A stretch of DNA of 64,000 bases from Chrysomallon squamiferum (lineage: Eukaryota > Animalia > Mollusca): contig CM022669.1 in assembly GCA_012295275.1 (NCBI GenBank), positions 4,898,001 to 4,962,000 on the forward strand, read 5' to 3'. Position numbers and translations under genes: made by a program. Below, piece by piece: positions 43,099-57,417 of this stretch. The notes beneath the pieces were generated by a model. It was not told the origin of the DNA, searched no databases, and saw only the letters and a list, made by a program, of their open reading frames with translations. Positions within the stretch are counted from its first letter, which is position 1. The number at the start of each line of letters is the position of its first letter.

Positions 43099-44808
43099 AA
43101 GACAGAGAGAGAGAGACAGACAGACAGAATTAACAGTGCAAGGGACAGAGACAGAGAGATCTGCACAAAGATCAGAAAATAAAATAGAAACATTTTCTTT
43201 CGTTTTAATAAATTTAATAATTTCTTGTTTTAGAGTAACTAATAGGTAACTATAAAACAACATGAAAGGTGTGATATTTTCAAAAGTGCATTTAGAAAAT
43301 TCATAACAATTTCTGGTCTGACTAGAAACTGGACTAACAACTACGATAATTCATTTGTGTCATCCGAGATGATAAATAGTTTCTAAAAAAAAAAATAATA
43401 ATAATAAAAAATAAAAGGATTTTTAATATTGAAGGACGAAAGGAACAATAAAGTGTCAAGGAAATATATTTTATTGGTTTCCAGTCAGATGCTCGGCTGA
43501 ACGGGCAATATCGAGATATCGTATTTTACATAAACTGTCACAGGCTTTTTTAGATTAAAATTAAAAAAAAAAAAAAAAAAAATGTCTCGTTCTTTTCTTC
43601 TTCTTTTTTCCTTCTTTCTTTCCTTCGTTTTCTTTTTTTTGTTTTTTGTTTTTTATCTGTGTGAGTATATGTCTGGATACATATGTGTGTTTGTGAGTGT
43701 CTGTGTTTTAATATGTATTAGAATGAATATGTGTAAATACCGTCAGTTTATTTCATTGTGTGTTTGTATAATATGCGTATATGAATATGTTTGTATATAC
43801 ATTGTACATATGTGTGTTTGTACGTGTATGTGTGTTTACGTGTGTGTGTTTGTTTGTTTGTGTGTGTGTGTGTGTGAGTGTGTGTGTTATTGTATGTATG
43901 TCCTGGCGTAATTATGTATTGTGTGTGTGTGTGTGTGTGTGTTTTGTGCATATATAATCTATGATATAGGTGAACTGGAAATAGAACCTATGTCCGCTTT
44001 GATATGCGTATTTTCAAAACAGTTTTTACTTTTTCGTTTGTCTTCTCACCAAAGTAAGTCTACAGCAATTAATCTGGACAAAAAGGCAATGCGTTTTCTT
44101 CGATGGAAAATGTAACAAAATAGTTTTTAAAAAAAAGTATAAAAAAAAAAAAAAAAAAAGAAAAAATTAAAAGAAAGAAGAAGAAAAGTAAAGAAAAGAA
44201 TGAAACGCGTTACACAAAACTGGAACTTTTATTCTCGTGGCCTAACACACGTACGTACAGTCTAACGATCCGCTTAATCAAATTGCGCCTTTCTGCCGTT
44301 ACGACTGCGTTACGACTTTTACCAGTGGTGATACGGACATGAAACAGGGAACAACTGCGGAGACAGAAACTGGTTATCATAGTCATGTCAAGCGACTAAT
44401 AACTAAATAATCCTTCAAATCAGTGCGGAATGTTCGGCTCCCCTTTCCGTGCGCTGTGACAAAACAAATCTAGTGATCTTTGTCAAGTCATCCAGACGAA
44501 CGGACGTAAACGTCGGGACGAGACATCGGGGTGAGAGTATAGAAACGTCTGGGATGGAAATTGCGTGAGGATGAGAGAGTTTAAGCGGATAGAGGCAGAC
44601 AGAACGAGCTACAGACACACATACATAGAATAAGAAAGGCAAAGAGAGAAACAGAGAGACAGATAAACTTAGAAACAGACAGAAACGGATACAGACTTAG
44701 GAGAGAGACAACACGAGACAGACACAGACAGAAAGATATATATATATATGTATGTATAGAAAAAAGATCAGCCACACAGAGATACGGACAGACCTTCAGA
44801 GAAAAAAT

Positions 44809-44924
<116 letters not shown>

Positions 44925-45584
44925 GTTTTCAAATTAATTCTAGTTTCCTTTGTATATAAATTGTTTTGTCATTGCATTTATGACCTTCATGTTTTCGATA
45001 TTCTTTTAAAATATTCCTCTGTTTATATAAAACAATCAGCGAACCAGACATTGTATTGAGTGGTTTAGTGGCTGATCAATGGAAGAATCGATCGCTTAAT
45101 CGAATGATTGATTTGTTCTTTTTTTCTTCTTCTTCTTCTTATTCTGTCAAGTAAGTAATTTCAATTCCCATTCAATAGTTTGTTTTTCTTTTCTTTTCGT
45201 TTGTTTTCTTTTTTAATTATCATAATTATTATTTGTTGTAATTTTACTCGCAACCTTCACTTCACCGTAACTTTTCAACCAGCATTAATTTATCATCGAT
45301 TGAGCCGTACACGATATATTATAAATATTTATTATTCATGAAAGCTCGTGGTTAGCTGATAGCGGTTTGTTTAGATGGCGTTTACAAATTTCTCTGTCGG
45401 GGAAGCGGGCTGAGTGACGCCATGTTGGGTAATACAAAAACAGGAGTCACGCAACGAGAACATTTCCCGCCAACGCTATACCCACGAGTTATTATAAATT
45501 TTGAATTAGAACACAGATCCGGAAATGGATCGAAAAAAAAACACCCACACATTATGATGACAGTGATGATGGCGATGATTAAAA

Positions 45585-45613
45585 TAAACAATAATAATAA
45601 CAACAATAGAACG

Positions 45614-45678
<65 letters not shown>

Positions 45679-45727
45679 TACAACTGTAATGATGATAGTA
45701 GTGGTAATAGCAGTAAAAATACTGACG

Positions 45728-45787
<60 letters not shown>

Positions 45788-45810
45788 TCAACAACAACAA
45801 CAACAACAGT
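45585..45810. repeat. (AAT)n/(AAC)n tracts
   Basis: Direct reading. Confidence 0.95.
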
Positions 45811-46323
45811 TAATAAATATTTAAATTATCAAATAATTTTTTTTTTTTTTTTTTTTGAATGTAAAAATACGGATCGGATAATGGATTTTCGTGAACGGAA
45901 TCAAAATGTTTATTAAATATTTATTATTAACCGAGACATGTGGGCTTTTGCTTTTTTATTTTTAATTAATTTTTTAATCACTGGGCAGTGGGTTTCTTCC
46001 AGTTGGTTAATAACGACTCGCGGTCCCGCGGGTAATCAAATGTCAGCTTCTGCCATATCATGTCGTTTTCCAATCACCGTCTTTTGTACCAGTCTGAAAT
46101 CGAGATAAATGCTCTTCTTTATTTCCTGAGTGAGTTTCTTTTCGTTTTTTGTTTTCTGAAACAGATTCTTAATGGGGTGCACACATTTTCCAATGAGCGT
46201 ATTTTCGGAAAACGTTAATTATTTTGTGCATCTCAAATGAATGTCTCTTCGCTTAGAGATGTTCGTGCTTTTCAAAAAAAAGATAGAAGAAAAGCGTCGT
46301 GTTTTCATAAATGTTATTAATTC

Positions 46324-46810
<487 letters not shown>

Positions 46811-46876
46811 CCATGTATAAATAATATAATACAATACGCAATACTGTCAAGTAATATTTTACCATCTCTCTGATAC

Positions 46877-46900
46877 TGACGTCATCGTGTTCTCGCGAGA
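46877..46900. promoter_or_regulatory. Adjacent palindromes: CRE (TGACGTCA) and TCTCGCGAGA
   Basis: Exact TGACGTCA at 46877-46884 and exact TCTCGCGAGA at 46891-46900. Function is inferred only. Confidence 0.35.
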
Positions 46901-47189
46901 GTACGAAGTATTTATACGAGTCCGCTTTAACGTTCTCCCTCTTGTAAAATCAAACACGATTATTTTCAGATAAATAGAAACTGCATTTGATTCAACTGCT
47001 CGAATTGACAGATCTTGAAATAATAATAATATATTGAGAGATAGATAGCGTACTTTACTGAAAGAGTACATGGCTCATTTGAGAGCCTAGTGGTTTAAAT
47101 GTTAACCCAAACAGCTGACTTCGTTTTTAATAAATGTATTGAATACATCTGATGTATTGCTGTTAATTGTTAATTTGAATTTTTCTTTT

Positions 47190-47445
47190 TGTATGTATGT
47201 GTGTATGTATGTATGTATGTATGTATGTATGTATGTATGTATGTATGTATGTATGAATGTATGTAAGTGTGGATGGATAAATGGATGGATATACAGATGG
47301 ATGTTTTTATGTATGTATGTATGTATGGTTTTATATAATTATGTATGTATGTTGTTTACATATGTATATATGCATGTGTATATATATATATATATGTATA
47401 TAATTAGGTATGCATGCATATACCTATGTATGTAGGTAGGTAGGC
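47190..47445. repeat. (GTAT)n compound microsatellite
   Basis: Direct reading. Confidence 0.9.
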
Positions 47446-49659
47446 AAGTAACATATGAAAATACGCAGGTAGCCAGATGAGTATGTGTGCATTAAGGCAT
47501 ATATCAAAAATAACGTGAAGCATATAGATGTACAAGTATCATAGCCACATTTACGCGGTGATGTAATAATAACAGACATCGTGAACGCAATGCACTCTAG
47601 CTGAATGATAATGCACGCAGAAACCTGCAATAAAGATAATCTGTTCGATATGACTGTGTTTTATCAATCGTTATTGATCTGTGATGACGGAGATGATTTT
47701 TTTACTTTGCTGATTTCTTTGTCCATGAAGCAGAATATTCTCTAATTGTTCCGACATGACTGAACAGTATTCAAAGACAGAGGTTTTTTTTGAAAAGCTA
47801 AATGTTGTCAGCCATTAGAGTGGAAGGGAGATAGAAATAGATAAGAAGACAGATATGTTTGTGTATATATTGAATATATATATATAATTGTTATGCTAGT
47901 AAGTGTCATTTGTTTGTATGTATATTTGTGTGTGTTTGTATATATGTGTGTACGTACGTACGTTCGTATCTACGTATGGAAATATGTATGTATATATGGA
48001 TGGATGGATGGATATGTAACTATATTCATATACATGTATATAACCATATTCATCATGTTCATAAAAAAAACACGTGTTAAGAAGAAAGCAAAATAAAATA
48101 AATGTAGAATGTTTTTAAGGAATCTCGATTATAATGCATGTAATAATATTTTTAAAAGTTAAGTAGTAATAATGGTAACAGTAATAATAATAATGATATC
48201 TTCCATGTACAGACATTATTACAGTATCAAGAAGACATCTTTAAAACACTTACAATTCAAACTTTTAACATCGAACGAGATTTTTCGCCGACAATATTTA
48301 ACAATCTCGCTTGTTTTGACAACTCTACTACAACAAAGATCAAAATATTACAATAACGATTTATTTTTCTTTCTTTTTTTTTTGTCATAGAAAAACACCA
48401 TCAGTATTTTCAAACACTCAAATTCACGAGGGTAACTTCGAAAGCGGGCTAGTAATTCACTTTAGTCGATTCCCCGGGATCGAAGTGTTTGCCAAATACG
48501 GGAGCATTTCAAATGAAGCAGGTTCTAACACGAGCAGTGATAAGATTTGGGCCAGTAGGCTTTCATGTACAAGAACGTGATGTGTACACCGTGCGGACAG
48601 AATCGACAATGAGGAGAGTGCTTTGAAAGAGATCGTGGAAACAGCGAAATCTTCTTTGATGGGCTGAAAATTGTGTCGATCAGGCAGGAAGATGGACGTT
48701 TAAGGATCTACGATAAACAGCGTGATGTTTGTTTTGTTTTCTTTTCTTTTTAACTTCGGAAATATTAAAATCTGAACTGTGGGGGAATGTGGGATTTCTT
48801 AGAAATATGATTTTAAGACAAATGCCACTGAATGTTTATTATCATTATTATTATACATTTTTTTGTAAAAAAATTTCAGAAATATGAAGTAAATAAATAT
48901 TAGTTCATAAAATTAAGAAATTAACAAAAACAACAACAAACAAACAAACAAATAAAAGTAACAAAACAAAGAACAACTTATTTTTTTATTATTCGAATTT
49001 TTTGTTCATAATTAAACATTATATACATACTGAACGAAAGAAAGAAGAGTAATAAGAAAGGAAAAAAAATATATACTAAATTTTAAGAAGAAAATATTTT
49101 AGGGTTTTAAAATAGAAATATCCATAGAAAATTATTATTTTATGTTAAAGAATAAACATTATCATCAATTAAAAACAGAAGTAAGATATCGTACATGGAG
49201 ATATCATATTTCAGTATGTCTTATTTAAAAAATATTTACTTATTTGTTTGCTTATTTGCTTATCTTTTAACCATATTTATTTATTAATTATAGTTATCAG
49301 TAGCAATAGCTGTAGCAAGGAATAACAGCAGCAGTAGCACTATTACTAATAACACAAGAAGTACTTAAGAGCTATCCCTGGAGTTGTTGGTTCCCCGTGC
49401 ACATTAATACTGGAGCTCTAGCTTATGGTGGTGGAAATTAAATTTGTCCTTTGTTTTTCTGATCAATAACAGAAATAACTATCAGATTCTCGAAGAATTT
49501 TCACTTCTTCTTATTATTATTTCTTTTTTTCTCTCTCTCTTTTTAAGAATTATTTATTAATTATTTCAACATTTGACCCTTTGTTTTTAGAAGATTTCAA
49601 GCACAACTATCCTAGTTGCTGATACCTTCAGCCCGTCGTGAGTTCTTATAGTATCTGCA

Positions 49660-50480
49660 GTAGAAGCAGTTAATGTAGTAACAGCGGTGATGGTAATAGA
49701 AACAGAAGTGGTAATATTGGTAAGAGTAGTAGCAATAGCAGTACAAGTATCGGTTCCAGTTGCAGGAATATTGGCAGAGGTAGTAGGAGTAATACTAATA
49801 GCTTCAGCAATAGTAGTAGTTGTTGTAGCAGTAATAGTAGCAGTGTAGTAATCGTAGTAGAAGTATTATTAGTAGTAATGATACTAGTTGTAGCAGTAGT
49901 AGTACTAGTAGTAGCAGCATAGTAGTAGTTGTAGTAATGGCGGTGATGGTGGGTGGTGGTAGTAGTTTTATTAGTAGCAGTGTAATAGTAGTTGTAGTAC
50001 TACTAGTAGTAGCAGCATAATAGTATTATTAATAGTAAGTATAGTAGCACCAGTAGCAGCATCGAAGCTGTAATGGTAAATATTGTAGGAGCAGAAGAAG
50101 CAGTGTCAGTTGTTGTTGTTGTAGTAACTATACCAGCAATAACAATATAATTTAAAGTACTACTACTAGTATCAGTAGTAGCAGAACAAAATAGTTGTTC
50201 TTAGTAGTAATACAAGTTCTAGCAGCATTAGCAGCAGTAATAGTAGTTGTTGTAGTAGTAGTAGTACTAGTACATGCAGCATTAGCAGCAGTAATAGTAG
50301 TTGTTGTAGTAGTAGTAGTACTAGTACATGCAGCATTAGCAGAAATAATAACAGTTGTTGTAGTAGTAGTAGTACTAGTACATGCAGCATTAGCAGCAGT
50401 AATAGTAATTGTTGTAGTAGTAGTACTACTAGTACATGCAACATTAGCAGCAGTAATAACAGTCGTTGTAGTAGTGATAT
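49660..50480. repeat. Degenerate (GTA/GCA)n tract ending in a 54-bp higher-order repeat (~4.7 copies)
   Basis: GCAGCATTAGCAG starts at 50222, 50276, 50330 and 50384, with a variant at 50438. Confidence 0.93.
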
Positions 50481-51720
50481 CGGTCGTGGAGGCTGTTTAA
50501 ACATAAACAAAGAGAAGAACGTGCGGTTTGCACTGTGTGTGATCGTTCTGTTCCAGAGCAGTGTGTGTTATTAACAGTAGTCATTCATCTGAACAAACTC
50601 ATCTCTCTGTGAATGCTATTTAATGAGTAACTAAGCGATGCGGACCATATTTCTCAACGGACCAATATCGGGACAATGAATTAAGCAGAAAGAGGTTGCT
50701 AGATATGAGAGATACTGGGCAAGATACAGAACGTGAATAAATTTTTTTTTAAAATAAGCACTATAATGGTACAGTTTTAGTGTGTTGCTAGTTCTTAATG
50801 CAGTAATGAAATTATAACTTATAAAACATTAATTCTACAATATTTAATAATTTATTAAAAATGCTGTGAAATTAAATGTTTCTTTGTCTGTTGTTGAAAA
50901 GTTTATGTTAATTTATGTGAGCAGTGAAAATCTTATACGAAAAGTATATGTTATTGTATGTGAGCAGTGACGTATACTTTCTATATTTTATGTTGAACTG
51001 TATATGATTGTTCTTTATTAAGGGTGAAACTTTAACAAAATGTCTATCGATAAACTCAGATTTAGAGTAGTAGTAATTTATAATATTTGTATGGTTTGTA
51101 CATACGTGTCTGTCTGTTCGTGTATGTTATTGTATTACTACCGTTCGTAGATATTATAATTATGATATATAAACACTATATATATATATATATATATAAT
51201 TGTAGTGTTTAGTACTGTTATTTTGATAAATTTTATCGACTTATTTTTCGATTTATTTTTCACTTTTTTCTCTCGGCTTTTTTCTTTATTATTATTATTG
51301 TTGTTGTTGTTGTTACATATTATAATCATCATCATCATCACCATCATTATTATTATTATTTTCATCATCATCATTATGATTATTATTATTATTTTATTTT
51401 ATTTTTTATTATTATTTTTGTTTTTTTTTTGTTGTTGTTGTTGCTGGTTGTTTGTTTTTCACGGTGAATATAATACAACAAAGTTTCAACAGTACAAGGT
51501 TGTATAATTTCACAGAGCAAACGGCGTACAACGACGCGGTAACACAATCAATAGGAGGCAAATTTGTTTAACTCAACTAATGGGTGCTTTGTTTTCCTGA
51601 TAGCATCAACATGGGAATACGATTTATATTAAGTTTGTGAACTTAACACCACATTCGCAAGTCATTCATCATTTTATATAGAGTGCATTATTCTCACGTC
51701 ATAGACAGAGCGAGCGAGCG

Positions 51721-51723
<3 letters not shown>

Positions 51724-51795
<72 letters not shown>
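51724..51795. repeat. (AG)n microsatellite
   Basis: Perfect run. Confidence 0.98.
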
Positions 51796-51797
<2 letters not shown>

Positions 51798-51994
51798 CAA
51801 ATATATACAGAATCAAACAAAAGTGCGTGCACGTAAACACTAATATCAATTATAGGAAAATATCCGAACACACAAGACACAATAATCAATCATTTTCTCA
51901 GGACTTAAACTTAACGTACACATCATATTCACGTCTGCAGCTTTTGTTAATTCTTGTTTGTTAACGTTTCTCTCAAAGGAACATTTATTTTTAT

Positions 51995-52205
51995 TTTTAT
52001 ATCTGTGACGTTGATATTTTTACTTTATACCCTTGTCGTTGATATTTTTATTTTACACCTTTGTCGTTGATGTTTTTACTTTATACCCTTGTCGTTGATG
52101 TTTTTACTTTATACCTTTGTCGTTGATATTTTTACTTTACACCCTTGTCGTTGATATTTTTATTTTTATATCTGGGTCGTTGATGTTTTTATTTTTATAC
52201 CTGTG
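51995..52205. repeat. 28-bp minisatellite, ~7 copies (GTCGTTGATATTTTTACTTTATACCCTT)
   Basis: GTCGTTGAT at 52035, 52063, 52091, 52119, 52147 and about 52176. Confidence 0.94.
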
Positions 52206-52518
52206 TTGCATATAAAATACATAGCTCATCTCTTTCTCAAACGAAGTAGAATGAACAATCAGAAACAACAACCGTGAACTGCAGTCACCGTACTCGACGG
52301 AATAATTAATTTTTCATCATTCTGTCATGAAAACAATACGCAGATTTGACATTAAAAAAAGAAGTTAAAAAAGTCATAAAATGTCATATTGATGTAATAA
52401 TGCATTGTTGGCTAGTCGAATTTCTAATTATCGATCTCACTGCATGTACTTGTATATTCTGACAACAGTGCAGGTCTTGTTTGCTTTTGAAAATAAAGGA
52501 TGACTGTTTTGTCCCCGG

Positions 52519-52550
<32 letters not shown>

Positions 52551-52688
52551 GAAAAAGAGACGCTGCGTTCATGTTTAGTCAGTGTACCGTGACTAACAGA
52601 TGACTGTACACCGACTGTAGTTGTGGTAAATAAAAAATATAAATTAAAAATCCAACATTTTTTTTAATGAAATAGTTCAGTGGACAAG

Positions 52689-52689
<1 letters not shown>

Positions 52690-52763
<74 letters not shown>
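52690..52763. repeat. (AC)n microsatellite
   Basis: Perfect run. Confidence 0.98.
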
Positions 52764-52765
<2 letters not shown>

Positions 52766-53819
52766 GGGTGTAATGTGAGGGAAAGAGCGAGATAAACTGA
52801 AAGAGAAAAGACAGAGGGACATATACAGAGAGAAACAAATAGAAACAAAGAATAGAGTTTCTTCGTTTTGGAATGGGAAATATTGTTTTCTAACAATGGC
52901 TCGAAAAATGGATAATGTTTTTTCTGTTCATATTTCTGAGAAAAAAAAATGTTCTTATTTAAGTAGATTAAATCAAAAATACTGTTTTCATCTTGTACTT
53001 TTAATTTTTGATATTTAGTCAAAATGACAGATGTTGACATTTCAGTTATGAAATATATATTTATATATATATATATCCATAATCTTAATCTGCAAAATAA
53101 TAATAAAACCTTTCGTTTCGTTTATTCTTTTATCTCATTTTGTAAAAATTAGGAAGGAAAACACAACACGCAAGATGAAATCTCCGTATAAGACAAAAGT
53201 CTAAGAATTTGATTGTTAAAAGTGTACTTACCTTTTACATTTACAACCGCTGCCATTCCGAACAGAAAGCCATTGGCTTGTCAGTCGTTCATAGTAAAAG
53301 TAGAAATATTTGCGACAGCCATAGTATCCAGAATCATGCTTGAACTATCTTCGTGAATCATTTTGATTCCTGCTTTTACAGAGCGATGACTGTTATTTAA
53401 ATCCCAGAACCTTCGTGGCGTTTTTTTTTCTTTTCAGAACTGCGTTAAAAAGCAACCGTTCATCACCAATGGTTTTTTTTCATTCACTTGGTGGATTTGT
53501 GTGTTTAGAAAGTCACAGTCTAAAGAAGTGAATGTTAACGACAAAACAATGAACTGACTACATTAACTGTACATCACAGTTTTTAAAATATATATATATA
53601 AATAATTCGTTTAAAACTTTGCGCTAACTCTCTTTTCATTCGATGAAATGAATGTGCGTTTTCGTTTGGTTATTTAGTCAATTTTATACTCTATCTTCAG
53701 TTTTTTTTTATTCATTAATTATAAATTATTTTAATATCTTTTTTTGACAAGTCTATAAACAGCGTTTAGTAATAACGGAACAACTCTTCTTTTTTCTTCT
53801 TCTTCTTCTTTTTTTTTGT

Positions 53820-54440
53820 GTACTTCTGCTCGTTCACACTGTCTAAGCAGGAATTTCCTGAAGGGAGGTCCTGTTCAAACTCGCTAACCGGGTTTCATTT
53901 TGTGACAAACGTCACCAGTAAATTATTTAGCACATGCACAAACTGTAACATCCCGCGATTGATTTTGCACTTCGCTGTTTTTCCCGCCTCGAAGCAAATT
54001 GTTTGCTTTGCACGAGCCGGAGATGGCGTCTGCATGAGGCTGACTCGTCGCTATCTCGCGCGCGCGCCAAGGTAGGTCGCCCGAACGCGTGATCGATTTC
54101 CTCCGATAATTTATTTCGGTAAAGAATGTGCATATATATGGGATACAGTCGATGTAAAATTATACAGTTGTGTCCCAGCAATTCAGCGGAATCATATCAT
54201 TATATTTGGCAGCCCGGTTCCCTGTGGGATCCATTTGTGCGCGATTTATGGGTTCATTTCACTGATGTTATATCTCGTTTCAGAAATGTATTGCCCGTTT
54301 GCCACGCGCGCTAAGTCTCTCTTGGCGCAGACGATTAGCGAGAAAAACGAACTCCATAAATTGCTAAGTTTTTCAGTCATATTGCTCGTGGACGGACGTA
54401 TCTGCAGCCGAGTTACTCCGGACATACGTTACTGAGAATT
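53820..54440. promoter_or_regulatory. CpG-island-like block, candidate promoter or conserved non-coding element
   Basis: One of the longest GC/CpG-rich unique stretches in the window. It has E2F-like TTTCCCGC (~53980) and GCGCGCCAA (~54062), YY1-like AGATGGCG (54021) and Hox/Pbx-like GATTTATGG (54243). Confidence 0.4.
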
Positions 54441-54552
54441 TTGTATATGGTAGAACATGTCAAACAGACTGGCTGACAATAAAATAAACCGTTTCTGAAA
54501 TTTCTAAAATTGATTTATCAGTTTTTGTCTGCTTTCTTTCTTTCTTCTTTCA

Positions 54553-54593
<41 letters not shown>

Positions 54594-54721
54594 CATTTTC
54601 AAATAAAAATTCATTTTTATTTATTTAATATTGTTTTATTAAAAACGTTTTTATTTATTAAATACTACTAAAGCTGTTACTTCTGTGTTATATACATATA
54701 CACAGAAAGGTAGATACAGAT

Positions 54722-54759
<38 letters not shown>

Positions 54760-55128
54760 GTATGGCTAGACAGACAGACAGATAGATAGATAAAAACATG
54801 CAATGTCACTTTAACGTCATTGCCAGCTTCAAAAACAAAAATAATGATAAATAAATAAAAAGCTGTATTTTAATACACAAAGCTGCTTTCCACTGATAAT
54901 ATTGACCTGAAAACGTAATGGCGATATCGGGAGCTAATATGTAAACAGCAGACAAAGCCACACCTATCAGGTGACAGGTAAACTCGTTAATAAAATAAAA
55001 CATTTCAAGTGTTGATCATGGAATCACCTGATATTTATTTATGGTTCAAAGACTTCAGCAAAAATAAAAAAACTATTTACAAAATGTACGAATTCTTCAG
55101 TACGTTTGTCTCTGTCTTTATAAAAAAT

Positions 55129-55129
<1 letters not shown>

Positions 55130-55209
<80 letters not shown>
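55130..55209. repeat. (CT)n microsatellite
   Basis: Perfect run. Confidence 0.98.
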
Positions 55210-55212
<3 letters not shown>

Positions 55213-55993
55213 ATTAAACCATATCAATATCAATAGATTCGTACACGTTAAGTAGAAATGATCATAAATTTGACATTTCTACAAATCGCCTCTTAACTTT
55301 GCTTTCAGATGTCCACAAAGAACGGATGACCATCGGCGCTGGTCACGAACTGTGGCCTTTTCAACAAATTGTCTGCTAATATTAGTAATATTCTTAGGTT
55401 TTCACTGGAAAGTCAAAATCAGGTCAAAGTCATTTCGAAAACTATGTGCACTAAATATAATAAAAAATATATTTTTAAAAAGAGAGGAAAAAAAAAAAAA
55501 AAAAAAAAAAAAAAGGAATTATTATTTTATTGTAAATTTCCGATAAACCGAACCTGTAATAATAAGAAAACAAAATCCATTTGACATATTTACAGTATTT
55601 GTTAGTGGGCTTGGACCTTTCTTAACAATAAAGTACACTGTATAATAAACCTATTAGAATACAAGGAAGTAGAAGCCACGATAAATCATTGCCAAGTTGT
55701 TATGTTCTGTGAAGGATATTTAACTGTTTCATGTCCCGAATTATACCACAGAGAGAAACTGTCATCTTTCGTTTATCGTGTCGTTTGCTACAGTCATACT
55801 TTATTATTAGCAAACAATGAAAGTGCATGGAGCCTATTTAGGTAATTTGTTGATATGAACTCTTTAAAGAATACGTTTATCACGTCACCCACAGGCAAAC
55901 CGTTATGTTGTATTTATTTATTTATTTATTTATTTACATAGATACTACTGCTTCTATTACTACTACTATTACTACTACTACTATTACTACCAC

Positions 55994-56032
<39 letters not shown>

Positions 56033-57384
56033 AGTGATACCTGATATATACGGACATTTGTCCCCGTCCTGACTGTTTTTCAGTAGATTTGTCCCTTAGA
56101 TCACCTACCAATAAATAATGTTATTGTTGTACGCAGTCGTATACGATATTTTTAAAGATGGCGTCGCTCATTTCCTTCGCGAACTGCAATCGCCAAATGC
56201 TTCCCTTCCAAAACGTGCGAGTTCAACACATTTGGAAGATGATTTTGGTAATTCGATCATTCAACGTCAGTCCATGCAAATTCGTTTTATAAGCACAGCG
56301 TCTTAGCTGACTTTATTTGGTGCGACTGGCACAAATCAGAGCTCCATTAAATTTTAGGTTTCAAAGGCAATATTTGCTTATTATGAGCTTTATGATGTGC
56401 AAAATAGGTTTCATTTATATCCATCCATCAGTTACTCGATATGTTTGCAATTGTGTTTTAGGAGAAAATCGCGCCCGTACAAGACAGGTACTACTATATT
56501 ATTATAATTAATTTTATTTTCGTCTAATAAATTCCACGACGGATATGTTTTTAAAATTGTTTTCAAAGGAACATTTTGTTAAGCAACCAGTCCTTTAGAC
56601 CAAAACAACGTCGGTTGTTTGTCGTCGGTTACGATCATCTGAAGGGGCCCGCTGCAGCGTTTGATTTCAGGGCTGATTGTCTCGCTTCCGCTGACAAATT
56701 AAACTCGTGGTAAGTGATCGAGTTTCTTACTTTAGGCTGGAGATTCGTTCAACTTGTCAACACTGAAAAAGATTAATCCAGAGTAACTGTTCACGGAGTC
56801 AAGTGACGTGGCATCGCTCCGTCACGTACCGTTCAGAATCACTCAATAGATATTTCCTTTATCACTTTTCACTGGCTGTTCTTTTTATCTCCCCTTCGTA
56901 AGTCTTTATCGTTTCTTAGTTCTCACAATACGATTGTTAATTTCGTTCTTCTTTTCTTTCTTTTTTGTTTGGTTATTGACTTTCGTTATATTATTTTATT
57001 TTATTTTGGTTTAGGTCTACGTTTTTATTTTTTTTTTTTTTTTTCCGATAAGGTAAAAGTGACTTTTTGTTCTTATTCTTTTACAATTGATTTTGCAATT
57101 TTATATGTGTGTGAAGAAAACAACAACAACAACAACAACAACAATAATAATAATAATATATAATAAGGTACATAAATAGAGAAATATTGTTTGTTGTCTA
57201 ATATAAAAATAAAATAAAAAATATTACTTTACAGTATTATTGTTTTGGCAACTAATGAATAATATTATTAATTGTTTCATAGATTAGTATATCTTTTTTT
57301 TTTTTTTTTTTTTCATTTAGTCCCCTACCTTATTTTATTATTATTTTTAATTAATTTTATTTCTTGCCGTTTTTTTTTTTTTTT

Positions 57385-57417
<33 letters not shown>

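Noticed and set aside
46838-46860. AATACTGTCAAGTAA resembling miR-8
   Set aside because: The 3' half diverges and no precursor hairpin is evident.
53226-53392. Perfect minus-strand donor AAG|GTAAGT with upstream candidate exon
   Set aside because: Stop codons interrupt the frames examined, and such hexamers are expected many times by chance in 64 kb.
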